The position numbers and the translations under genes are program-made. A stretch of DNA of 25,439 nt from Rhodothermota bacterium (GTDB lineage Bacteria > Hydrogenedentota > Hydrogenedentia > Hydrogenedentales > GCA-2746185). The notes under the pieces are model-generated. The model was given only the letters and a program-made list of their open reading frames with translations, made no database searches and was not told the DNA's origin. The DNA lies in assembly GCA_009885415.1 (NCBI GenBank), contig VFKU01000787.1:1-25439 (forward strand). Direction: 5' to 3'. This document shows, one piece after another, positions 6,488-15,094 of the stretch (within the stretch, counting starts at the first letter, position 1; each line of letters starts with the position of its first letter).

Positions 6488-8425
6488 ATGGATCACGCTG
6501 CTGACATCGCGCCCGATCGGCCCTGGTTTCGCCGCTACACGAAGCTCGTCGCGGCGGCGACGCTGTGCCTGATCTTTCTTGGCGGCCAGGTGAAAAGTCA
6601 CGAAGCGGGGCTGGCGGTGCCCGATTGGCCGACGACCTACGGGCAGAACATGTTGCTGTATCCGATCGACCAGTGGGTCGGCGGGATTTTTCATGAGCAT
6701 CTCCACCGTGTCGTCGCCACTTCGCTTGGAGTTCTTTGCATTATTCTCGCCGTGTGGATGGCGCTGGCGGAGCGCCGTCGCTGGGCGCGGTGGCTGGGCG
6801 TGGCCGCGCTGGGCATGGTCATCGTGCAGGGCCTCTTCGGCGGCCTGACGGTGTGGCTGCTCTTGCCTGCGTGGGTCTCGACCACGCACGCGATCCTCGC
6901 GCAAACTTTTCTTCTGCTCACGCTGTTCATCGCGTATTCACAGTCGCGCGAACGCCGCGCGCGCGAGGCGTCCGCCGGCGATTCGGGTTCCTGGCGCGAT
7001 GCGGCGCCCGCGCTGATTGTGCTTGCGCTGGTGTATGTGCAATTGCTCGCCGGCGCGCTGATGCGGCACACGGAATCGGGCTTGGCGATTCCGGACTTCC
7101 CGGCGATGGCCGGCGGGTGGCGGCCGTGGTTCGACGTGAGTTCGGTGGCGTGGGTAAACGCGTGGCGCGCGGATTATGCCTTCGAAACTGGGCAGGCGCT
7201 TGACCCGGTCACGCTCGGACAAATCTGGATCCATTTCACGCATCGCGCGGGCGCGGTGCTTGTTGCGCTTGGCGCGATCTACGCCGCGTGGCGCGCCTGG
7301 GCGCGGCAGGACGAAGCGCCGGCGGTGTTTCGCACGGCCTTCGTGCTCGTTGCGCTGGTCGCGTGTCAGGTTGCGCTCGGCATCGTGACCGTCCTCTCGC
7401 ATAGGATTCCGTTTATCGCGAGTTTGCACTTGGTCATCGGCGCGGCGACGCTTGGTTGCACGGCGTTGCTTGCGCTGCGCGCGATGCCGCTGAGACTTCG
7501 GCGCGCCGCGGCGAACGCGCCCGTCGCGGTGGTTTCTGCGGTCCGCGCGCGTTCGACCTTCGGCGCCTACCTCGAACTGACCAAGCCGCGTATCGCCGTG
7601 ATGGTGCTGGTGACGGCGGCGCTGGGTTACTACTTCAACGCGATTACTTCACGCGAGTTCCCCGGCTGGCTGCAATTTGCGATGGCGATGCTGGGCATCG
7701 CGATGTCCGGCGGCGGGGCCTCGGCGCTGAACCAGTATCTCGAACGCGATGTCGATGCGCGGATGGAACGCACCCGCGGACGGCCCCTGCCTTCAGGCCA
7801 GTTGTCGCCGGCCGCCGCGCTGTACTTTGGCGTTGCGCTCGTGCTCGGCGGCTGCTTCCTGCTGCTGTGGCAGGTCAATTTGCTCGCGGCCTTCCTGACG
7901 CTGCAAAGCGCTTTCTTGTATGTCCTCGTGTACACGCCGATGAAACGGCTGACCTGGTGGAACACGTCGATCGGCGCGGTGCCCGGCGCGATGCCGCCGC
8001 TCATCGGCTGGGCCGCGGCGACCGGCACGCTCGATCTCGGCGCATGGATCTTTTTCGCCGTCCTCTACCTCTGGCAGCACCCACACTTTTTTGCGATTGC
8101 GTGGATGTACCGCGAAGACTACGCGCGCGGCGGGCTCAAGATGCTCCCCGTCGTGCAGCCCGACGGCCGCAACATGTTCGCGCAGGTGATTCTGTTTTCC
8201 GTCGTGCTTATTCCGGTCTCGCTGGCGCCTTGGCTGAGCGCGATGAGCGGGTGGACGTATTTTATCGGGGCGATGCTGCTAGGGCTGATGATGCTCGCGG
8301 CGGGCATCGCGTTTACCGTGACCCATTCGCACCAGGCGGCGCGGCGCGTGCTGCACGTCTCGCTGCTGTATCTCCCCGGCCTCCTGTTGGCCGTGTGGAT
8401 CGACGCCATGATCCGGTTGCCGTAG
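6488..8425 (+). CDS. ctaA-ctaB: Fused heme A synthase (CtaA/COX15) and heme O synthase (CtaB/CyoE) (about 645 aa)
   Basis: CtaA part: AGLAVPDWP, EHLHR, TTHAILA, HFTHR, ASLHL. Ala/Arg-rich linker at about 7490-7555. CtaB part: YLELTKPRI, NQYLERDVDARMERTRGRPL, VYTPMKR, IGAVPGAMPPLIGW, WQHPHFFAIA, DYARGG. Confidence 0.92.
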   Translation: MDHAADIAPDRPWFRRYTKLVAAATLCLIFLGGQVKSHEAGLAVPDWPTTYGQNMLLYPIDQWVGGIFHEHLHRVVATSLGVLCIILAVWMALAERRRWARWLGVAALGMVIVQGLFGGLTVWLLLPAWVSTTHAILAQTFLLLTLFIAYSQSRERRAREASAGDSGSWRDAAPALIVLALVYVQLLAGALMRHTESGLAIPDFPAMAGGWRPWFDVSSVAWVNAWRADYAFETGQALDPVTLGQIWIHFTHRAGAVLVALGAIYAAWRAWARQDEAPAVFRTAFVLVALVACQVALGIVTVLSHRIPFIASLHLVIGAATLGCTALLALRAMPLRLRRAAANAPVAVVSAVRARSTFGAYLELTKPRIAVMVLVTAALGYYFNAITSREFPGWLQFAMAMLGIAMSGGGASALNQYLERDVDARMERTRGRPLPSGQLSPAAALYFGVALVLGGCFLLLWQVNLLAAFLTLQSAFLYVLVYTPMKRLTWWNTSIGAVPGAMPPLIGWAAATGTLDLGAWIFFAVLYLWQHPHFFAIAWMYREDYARGGLKMLPVVQPDGRNMFAQVILFSVVLIPVSLAPWLSAMSGWTYFIGAMLLGLMMLAAGIAFTVTHSHQAARRVLHVSLLYLPGLLLAVWIDAMIRLP

Positions 8426-8436
8426 AGGACTTCGCT

Positions 8437-9105
8437 ATGCCTTCCTCCCTTCTGCCCCATAGCTCTTTCGTGCGCCGTTACGTGCTGGCGATGAGTGTGC
8501 TGATCCTCGCGGCGATCTTCGTCACGCTGGCGCTGCGCGAAGGTGTTCGCGCACGGACTGCGGCCCAGCCCGCGATGCAGGCCGTGATCGCGGCGACGGC
8601 CCCGGGTGCCTTGTCGGAGCTGGGCGTGGTGGGCGAGTTCTCGCTCACCGATCAGTCCGGCGCCGCCTTCAATTCCGCCGCGCTCGAGGGCAAGATATAT
8701 GTCGTCGATTTTATCTTCACTTCATGCGGCAGCGTCTGCCCGGTGATGAGCGAGGCGATGTCGAAGCTACACAAGACCTACGCGGCGGATCCGCGCGTGG
8801 CCTTCGTTTCGGTGTCAGTCGATCCGGCGACGGACACGCCGGAGGTCCTCACGAAGTATGCGGCGCGATACGGCGCCGATACGGCGCGCTGGCATTTCCT
8901 TACCGGCGACGACGCGGCGATACAGCTCCTGGCGAAGGACCGTTTCAAGCTCGGGCACGCGGACGAGCCGGTCAACCACACGACCCGATTCGTGCTGGTG
9001 GACGGCGTGGGCAAAATCCGAGGCTATTACTTCGGGACCGAGCCGGCTTCGGTCGCGGCGCTTCAGGTGGACATTGAAAATCTACTGGTCGATTCTAAGT
9101 CGTAA
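8437..9105 (+). CDS. sco: SCO1/SenC family copper chaperone (about 222 aa)
   Basis: N-terminal TM anchor, FSLTDQSG, FIFTSCGSVCP (CxxxC), SVDPATDTPEVL and distal His in VNHTTRFVLVD. The ATG lies 11 nt after the ctaA-ctaB stop. Confidence 0.92.
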   Translation: MPSSLLPHSSFVRRYVLAMSVLILAAIFVTLALREGVRARTAAQPAMQAVIAATAPGALSELGVVGEFSLTDQSGAAFNSAALEGKIYVVDFIFTSCGSVCPVMSEAMSKLHKTYAADPRVAFVSVSVDPATDTPEVLTKYAARYGADTARWHFLTGDDAAIQLLAKDRFKLGHADEPVNHTTRFVLVDGVGKIRGYYFGTEPASVAALQVDIENLLVDSKS

Positions 9106-9261
9106 GCCGAGCGGTATAAGCGAGTTACGGCGAAATTATATTCGGGCCTGTGCAGCGTCTGATGGGAATGGGAGTGATACTTGAGCGCTCGAAGGGGTTC
9201 TATACGCCGTGTGTGCGCGGCGCGGGCGCAGGTCGTCAATGAATCAGGAAATCGCAATCGC

Positions 9262-10368
9262 ATGTTGAGCTCCGGCAAGGCCTATATATTCGTGTGCGCG
9301 GCGGCGCTTGGTGCGCTGCTGATGGTGGGACCTGTCGGCGCGGCCGACGGCCCGCCAGCGCACAAGCGTCCTCCCACGAAAGTGGCGACGGCGCACGGCG
9401 AGAGCGGCATCCTCGCGCCCCAGGGCGAATTCCCCGGCAGTGTCTACTTCAAGGCGGTGAGTGCGGTCGCCACGGAAATCCGCGGCAAGGTACTCGAGGT
9501 CCTCTTCGAGGTGGGCGAGCACGTGAAGAAGGGGCAGGTGCTCGTGCGGCTGGACGACGAGCTGCTGCGCAAGGACCTGGGCGCGGCGAAGGCGCGGCGC
9601 GATCGTGATCGCACGCTGCTCAAGAGCGCCGAGACGCGACTTGCGCGTGCGGAGGGTCTGGTCTCCGGCGGCCTGAGCCCTACGGAGCAGCTCGACGACA
9701 CGCGCTTCGCCGTGCAGGGCCTGCGGTTTTCCGTGGTCGCCACCGAGGCCGAACTCGATCGGCTCGAGGCGGTCATCAAGAAGAGTTCGATCGTTTCTCC
9801 CTTCGACGGGATCGTGATCGAGCGCCCGCTGGAAATCGGCGAGTGGCGCACCGAAGGCAGCACGGTGGCCGTGATCGCCAAAGAAAATTTTTATGAGGCC
9901 GTCGTCGAACTCCCCGAGACGAGCGTGCCCTTCGTGACCGCCGGCATGACGGTCGAGTTGGAGGTGGGCGGATTGATGGTGAAAGGCACGGTGACCACCG
10001 TGGTCCCGCGCGGCGACATCGCGACGCGGACCTTTCCGGTCAAGCTGAAAATCGAGTCCGAGGCGCCGCTGCTCGAAGGGATGACCGCGCGGGCGCGTAT
10101 GCCGATTAGCGCGCAGGTCGAGTGTTTGCTGCTGCCGCGCGACGCGATCCTCAATCAGCTCGGCGCGACCTACGTGTTCACCGCGCAGGATGGCCTGGCG
10201 CGCAAGCACCCCGTGGAGGTGGTCGGTTTCGACGGCAAGACCGTCGGCGTACTTGCGCCCGACCTGGGCCCCGGACAGCAATTCATTATCAAGGGGCACG
10301 AGCGCCTGAACGAGGGCGACCCCATCGAGGCGCTGCCGGTCCCCGCGCCGGCTCCGCCCGTGTCCTAG
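9262..10368 (+). CDS. RND efflux periplasmic adaptor (membrane fusion protein) (about 368 aa)
   Basis: GKVLEVLFEVGEHVKKGQVLVRLD lipoyl half-motif, coiled coil, IVSPFDGIV, TRTFPVKL, LLLPRDAI. Start placed at ATG 9262. Confidence 0.9.
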   Translation: MLSSGKAYIFVCAAALGALLMVGPVGAADGPPAHKRPPTKVATAHGESGILAPQGEFPGSVYFKAVSAVATEIRGKVLEVLFEVGEHVKKGQVLVRLDDELLRKDLGAAKARRDRDRTLLKSAETRLARAEGLVSGGLSPTEQLDDTRFAVQGLRFSVVATEAELDRLEAVIKKSSIVSPFDGIVIERPLEIGEWRTEGSTVAVIAKENFYEAVVELPETSVPFVTAGMTVELEVGGLMVKGTVTTVVPRGDIATRTFPVKLKIESEAPLLEGMTARARMPISAQVECLLLPRDAILNQLGATYVFTAQDGLARKHPVEVVGFDGKTVGVLAPDLGPGQQFIIKGHERLNEGDPIEALPVPAPAPPVS

Positions 10369-10380
10369 GCCGGTGCATTC

Positions 10381-13300
10381 ATGGACCTGATCCGCTTCGC
10401 CATCACCAAGCCGGTCGTCGTGCTAGTGGGCGTCATTCTCGTGGTGCTTTTCGGCAGCGTTGCGCTTTACCAATTGCCCTACCAGCTCGCGCCGCGCATC
10501 GAGAAGCCGGTCGTCGGCGTGCGCACCTTCTGGGCGGGCGCCAGTCCCTACGAGATCGAGCGCGACATCATCGAAGCGCAGGAAAAAGTGCTCAAGGGCC
10601 TACCCAATCTTGTACACATGGAGAGCGAGTCCCGGGACAACATGGGCTGGATCACGCTCACCTTCGACATCGGCGTGACAATGAGCGACGCGTTGCTGCG
10701 CGTGTCGAACAAGCTCGACGAAGTGCAGTCCTATCCGGAGAACGTGGACAAGCCGGTCCTGAGCGCGAGCGGTTCGGAGACGGACCCGATCGTGATGACG
10801 GCGCTGCAGGCGCTGCCGGGCAATCCGGTGGACGTATACACCTCGCTGAGTTTCTTCGAGGAGAACATCCAGCAGTATCTCGAGCGCGTACCGGGCGTGG
10901 CCGAGGTGCAGATTCGCGGCGGCGTGCGGCGCGAGATGCAGGTCATCCTCAAACGCGATCGCCTCGCGGCCTACGGCATCTCGATCGATCAGATCATCGC
11001 GGCGCTGCGCGGAGACAACGTCAACGTGTCCGCGGGCAATCTCGCGGTGGGTCGGCGCGAGTACCGCGTCCGCACGGTCTCGGAGTTTCGCTCCGAGGAC
11101 GACATCAAGAAGGTCGTGGTGCTCTCCGACGGTTTGCGCACGGTGACGGTGGGCGATCTGGCCGACGTGCAGCCCGGCTTCGAAAAACGCCAGGGCGGCG
11201 GCCTGCAAGACGGCAAGCCCGGCATCGTGATCCCGATCGTGTCCGAGCCCGACGCGAACACGCTCGAAGTGACCAAGGAAATCGAGCGGATCGTCGGAGA
11301 ACTCAACCGGGGCATCCTCAAAGAGAACGGCTTCGAGCTCATCTGGCTCGACGATCAGCGCGGCTACATCGAAGGCGCGATCAAGCATCTGCGCGAGGAC
11401 ATTTTCCTCGGCTGCCTGTTCACGGTACTTGTGCTGTGGGTCTTCCTGCGCAGTATCGCCTCCACGCTCGTCGTGAGCGTGGCGATTCCGATTTCGCTCA
11501 TTGGCACTTTCATTGTGATGTGGGCCTTGGGCACGACGCTCAATCTCGTGAGTCTCGCCGGTCTCGCCTTCGCCACCGGACGCCTTGTGGACGACGCGAT
11601 CGTCGTGCTCGAGAACATCGACCGGCACCGTAACCTCGGCAAGACGCCCTTCCAGGCGGCCTACGACGGCGCGCGCGAAGTGTGGGGCGCCGTGCTCGCG
11701 TCTACCTTGACCACGGTCGCCGTGTTCATTCCGGTCGTGTTCCTCAAGGTCGAAGTGGGGATGATGTTCCGCGATATCGCCATCGCGGTGACCACCGCGG
11801 TGCTCATCAGCCTGGTGGTGTCGATCACCGTTGTGCCGATGTTGTCGTACCAGTTGTTCTCGCTCCGCTTTGTGCATTGGATGGAGCACCGCAGCCAGGG
11901 CTTTCACCCGCTCAAGCGCGTCGGCGGGTGGATGTCGGGGGCGTACATGGCGATCGTGCGCGCAGCGACGCGGACGATCCCCGCGCGTCTCTTCACCGTG
12001 ACGGTGCTCGTCACCGGGTCGGCCGCGACCGTCTATTTTCTTTTTCCGCCGCTCGAGTATTTGCCCGAGGGCAACCGCGATTCCGTGGGTACGATGCTCA
12101 TGGCTCCGCCGGGCCTGAGCTATACCGAGCGCATGGGCATCGGAAAGCAGGTCTTCGACTTCATGGAGCCCTACCGCACGGCGGGCTATACCGACGACAC
12201 CGGACTCGTTTCGCCCGGCATCCGCCGCATGTTTTACGTGTCCTATAGCAACTTTATGCGCGTCGGCCTGATCAGCGCCGACAAGGAGCGCGCGCGCGAC
12301 CTGATCCCCATCTCCCGCAAAATGGTCGACAAGATCCCCGGGGTCATGGGCGTCACGAACCAAGCGAGCATCTTCGGGCGGAACGTCGGCCAGGGCCGCA
12401 GCGTCTCGGTCGATCTCAGCGGCAACGACATCCAGGAGTTGGCCTCGACCGTCCGCGTGATGATGGAGCGCGTGCGCCGCGAAATCCCCGATGCGCAGTT
12501 GCGCCCGCGCCCCGAGCTTGATCTTATGTATCCCGAGACGCGCTTCACGCCGAACGACGAGCGCCTCAGCGCGATCGGCATGACCGCACAGCAATTCGGC
12601 ACGGCGATCGACGTCCTCATGGACGGCCGCGACATCGGCGACTACAAGCAGGAAGGCGAGAAGAAGATCAATCTGGTAGTGAAGATGGACGAGCGCGAGA
12701 TCACGGCGCCCGAAAAATTGTACGGGGCGCTGATTCCCACTCGCGGGGGCCAGGCGATCCCGGTCTCGTCGCTCTCGACCATGGTGACCACCACGGGCCT
12801 CACTTCGATTCGGCACTTCGAGCGCAACCGCACCTTTACGCTCGACGTCAACCCGCCGGCCGAGATGACGATTCAGGAAGCGATGGAAGTGGTGAACGGG
12901 AAGGTGGTGCCGCAGATGCGCGCGGACGGCCTGCTCGAAGGCATCGGCGTCTCGCTCAGCGGCACGGCCGACAGCCTCACGCAAACGCGCACCGCGCTCC
13001 AGTGGAATTTCCTGCTGGCGATGGCGATCACCTATCTGCTCATGGCCGCGCTCTACGGCAATTTCATCTATCCCTTCATCATCATGTTCACCGTGCCGCT
13101 CGCGAGCGCCGGCGGCTTCATCGCGCTCAAGCTCGTCAATATCTTCATCGCCTACCAGCCGATGGACGTGCTCACGATGCTCGGCTTCATCATCATGGTC
13201 GGCGTGGTGGTCACCAACGCCATCCTCATCGTCCACCAGTCGCTCAACAACGTGCGCGAACACCGCATGGACGACTACGAAGCGATCATTGAAGCCACCC

Positions 13301-13554
13301 GCTCACGCTTGCGCCCGATTTACATGACCGCCGCGACCTCGATCTTCGCGCTGCTCCCGCTCGTCGTACGCGTCGGCGCCGGCGCCGAGCTGTACCGCGG
13401 GCTCGGCGCGGTCGTGCTCGGCGGCCTCGCGCTCTCCACTGTGTTCACCGTCGTCATGATTCCCGCCATCCTTATTTTCTTCATCCCCATGGAAAGCCGT
13501 TTTCGTCGCCGCGCCGAGCGCAATATCGGCACGGACGAGGCCGTGGCGAAGTAG
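10381..13554 (+). CDS. RND efflux permease, AcrB/AcrD/AcrF family (1057 aa)
   Basis: 1057 aa; SVAIPISLIGTF, LVDDAIVVLENI, STLTTVAVFIP, TNAILIV, RLRPIYMT, LYRGLGAVVLGGL. Confidence 0.95.
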   Translation: MDLIRFAITKPVVVLVGVILVVLFGSVALYQLPYQLAPRIEKPVVGVRTFWAGASPYEIERDIIEAQEKVLKGLPNLVHMESESRDNMGWITLTFDIGVTMSDALLRVSNKLDEVQSYPENVDKPVLSASGSETDPIVMTALQALPGNPVDVYTSLSFFEENIQQYLERVPGVAEVQIRGGVRREMQVILKRDRLAAYGISIDQIIAALRGDNVNVSAGNLAVGRREYRVRTVSEFRSEDDIKKVVVLSDGLRTVTVGDLADVQPGFEKRQGGGLQDGKPGIVIPIVSEPDANTLEVTKEIERIVGELNRGILKENGFELIWLDDQRGYIEGAIKHLREDIFLGCLFTVLVLWVFLRSIASTLVVSVAIPISLIGTFIVMWALGTTLNLVSLAGLAFATGRLVDDAIVVLENIDRHRNLGKTPFQAAYDGAREVWGAVLASTLTTVAVFIPVVFLKVEVGMMFRDIAIAVTTAVLISLVVSITVVPMLSYQLFSLRFVHWMEHRSQGFHPLKRVGGWMSGAYMAIVRAATRTIPARLFTVTVLVTGSAATVYFLFPPLEYLPEGNRDSVGTMLMAPPGLSYTERMGIGKQVFDFMEPYRTAGYTDDTGLVSPGIRRMFYVSYSNFMRVGLISADKERARDLIPISRKMVDKIPGVMGVTNQASIFGRNVGQGRSVSVDLSGNDIQELASTVRVMMERVRREIPDAQLRPRPELDLMYPETRFTPNDERLSAIGMTAQQFGTAIDVLMDGRDIGDYKQEGEKKINLVVKMDEREITAPEKLYGALIPTRGGQAIPVSSLSTMVTTTGLTSIRHFERNRTFTLDVNPPAEMTIQEAMEVVNGKVVPQMRADGLLEGIGVSLSGTADSLTQTRTALQWNFLLAMAITYLLMAALYGNFIYPFIIMFTVPLASAGGFIALKLVNIFIAYQPMDVLTMLGFIIMVGVVVTNAILIVHQSLNNVREHRMDDYEAIIEATRSRLRPIYMTAATSIFALLPLVVRVGAGAELYRGLGAVVLGGLALSTVFTVVMIPAILIFFIPMESRFRRRAERNIGTDEAVAK

Positions 13555-13633
13555 CCCCGCTTTAGGGGTAGCTCTCGAACGGTTATATTTCCTGTAGATT
13601 CAGGTGTAGAAACATCTAATTAAAAAATAAATA

Positions 13634-13679
13634 AACCCATACGTTCGTATTTATTATATAAAATACGGTCGTTCGTGTT
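13634..13679. promoter_or_regulatory. Two candidate TetR operator sites in an AT-rich promoter region
   Basis: 13634-13651 AACCCATACGTTCGTATT and 13662-13679 AATACGGTCGTTCGTGTT match the palindrome AATACGAACGTTCGTATT at 14/18 and 15/18 positions. They are 28 bp apart, upstream of the tetR ATG. Confidence 0.5.
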
Positions 13680-13717
13680 AATATGTTGGCTCGTCTAGCT
13701 TACACGGAGACTCGCCT

Positions 13718-14383
13718 ATGGCCAAGCAAATCCGCGGTATCAAGACCCAGGATCGTATCGTCCGTCGCGCAGCACAGTTGGCTTCAGTCGAAGGGCTCGA
13801 GGGTCTCAGTGTGGGGCGACTCGCGGAGGCGCTGGGTCTGTCCAAAGGCGGGCTCTTCGCGCACTTCGGCTCGAAGGACGCGCTCCAGCTTGCCGTGATC
13901 GAAGAGGCGCGTCGTGTGTTTTCTGAGGCCGTCCTCGTACCGGCGGAGAGCACACCCGAAGGGTTGCCGCGTCTCTTCGCGTTGCAGGCCCAGTGGATTG
14001 CTTACCTCCATGCGGAGAGTTTCAAGGGAGGCTGTTTTTTCGCGGCGGCCTCGGCGGAATTCGACGGCCGTCCCGGCCCGGTGCGCACGCGGATCGCGGC
14101 GCTGGCCGGCCAATGGCGGGAGCGCCTGGCGGGCGAGGCGAGGCGGTCCAAGGAGCTGGGCCACCTGAATCCAGACGCGGATCCGGCCCGGCTCGCCTTT
14201 TTGCTCCACGCGATCACGCTCGAGGCGAACTGGGCCCACCAGCTTCTGGGCGACCCGGACTGTTTCGTCCACGCGCGCGAAGCCTCCGAGGCGTGCCTGC
14301 GCGCCGAGGCGACGCCCGAGGGCCTGCGCGCGACGAAGGCCCGGCGCGTCGTGCCCGCGCGTCCCGAGGGTGTGCTATCCTAG
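13718..14383 (+). CDS. TetR/AcrR family transcriptional regulator (221 aa)
   Basis: GLEGLSVGRLAEALGLSKGGLFAHFGSKDAL HTH; C-terminal GGCFF motif. Confidence 0.93.
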   Translation: MAKQIRGIKTQDRIVRRAAQLASVEGLEGLSVGRLAEALGLSKGGLFAHFGSKDALQLAVIEEARRVFSEAVLVPAESTPEGLPRLFALQAQWIAYLHAESFKGGCFFAAASAEFDGRPGPVRTRIAALAGQWRERLAGEARRSKELGHLNPDADPARLAFLLHAITLEANWAHQLLGDPDCFVHAREASEACLRAEATPEGLRATKARRVVPARPEGVLS

Positions 14384-14455
14384 TGAGCGCGCCGGGTCCG
14401 CGCGGCTGCGCGATTCCATCGATACGCGTCCCAGGTGCAAGAGGAGGGTCCCACC

Positions 14456-14929
14456 GTGGCGGATCAGGGCGGCGACGTGGCCATTGTCGAAGCGGGCGCG
14501 GAGGATATCGATCTCCTCGTCCCGCTCTTCGACCAGTACCGCATGTTCTACGGCGAGCCCAGCGATCTCGCGCTTGCGCGGCAATTCATCGGCGCGCGGC
14601 TCGAACAGCGCGATTCGGTCATTTTTCTCGCGCTGGGCGGCGGCGCCGATGAGATCGGCCTCGGCTTTGCCCTGCTTTATCCCTCCTTCAATTCCGTGCT
14701 CGCCACGCCCATCTGGATTCTCAACGACCTTTATGTGCTCGAAGGGGTCCGACGCAAAGGCGTCGCGCGCCTGCTCATCGACGAGGGGCGCAGCCTGGCC
14801 GAAGAGACCGGCGCGACCGTCATTTCGCTGTCTACGAAACGGGAGAACCAGCCTTCCAGGCGGTTATACGAGCGGCTCGGATTTACGTTGGACGACGATT
14901 TCTGCACTTATCTGCTGCGCTTGGGCTGA
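14456..14929 (+). CDS. GNAT family N-acetyltransferase (about 157 aa)
   Basis: LFDQYRMFY, WILNDLYV, RRKGVARLL (acetyl-CoA motif A), N..SRRLYERLGF. GTG at 14456 follows GAGGAGG. Confidence 0.9.
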   Translation: MADQGGDVAIVEAGAEDIDLLVPLFDQYRMFYGEPSDLALARQFIGARLEQRDSVIFLALGGGADEIGLGFALLYPSFNSVLATPIWILNDLYVLEGVRRKGVARLLIDEGRSLAEETGATVISLSTKRENQPSRRLYERLGFTLDDDFCTYLLRLG

Positions 14930-15094
14930 GTTGCGGCCACGTCCGTGCTCATGGCCCTCGCGGGTGTCAAGAAATAGCTAGACCTAAGTCCAAGGATTTG
15001 GTAGGCTTAGAGTTGCATTCGCGGCGCCAGGCCCCGACGGTCCGGCGTCCGCATCGGTTGCCGGACTGCGGCGCGACGTAAGGAAGGGCCACGC

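Noticed and set aside
7456-8436. N-terminal 327 aa of the 549-aa track ORF, an apparent long extension of SCO
   Set aside because: Alternative frame overlapping ctaB, Arg/Ala-rich and without motifs; SCO starts at 8437.
10600-13263. 887-aa minus-strand ORF
   Set aside because: Antisense shadow of the RND permease, typical of high-GC codon bias; no recognisable motifs.
13552-13584. Possible terminator after the RND permease
   Set aside because: The stem is only about 4-5 bp and imperfect, with no clear U-tract.
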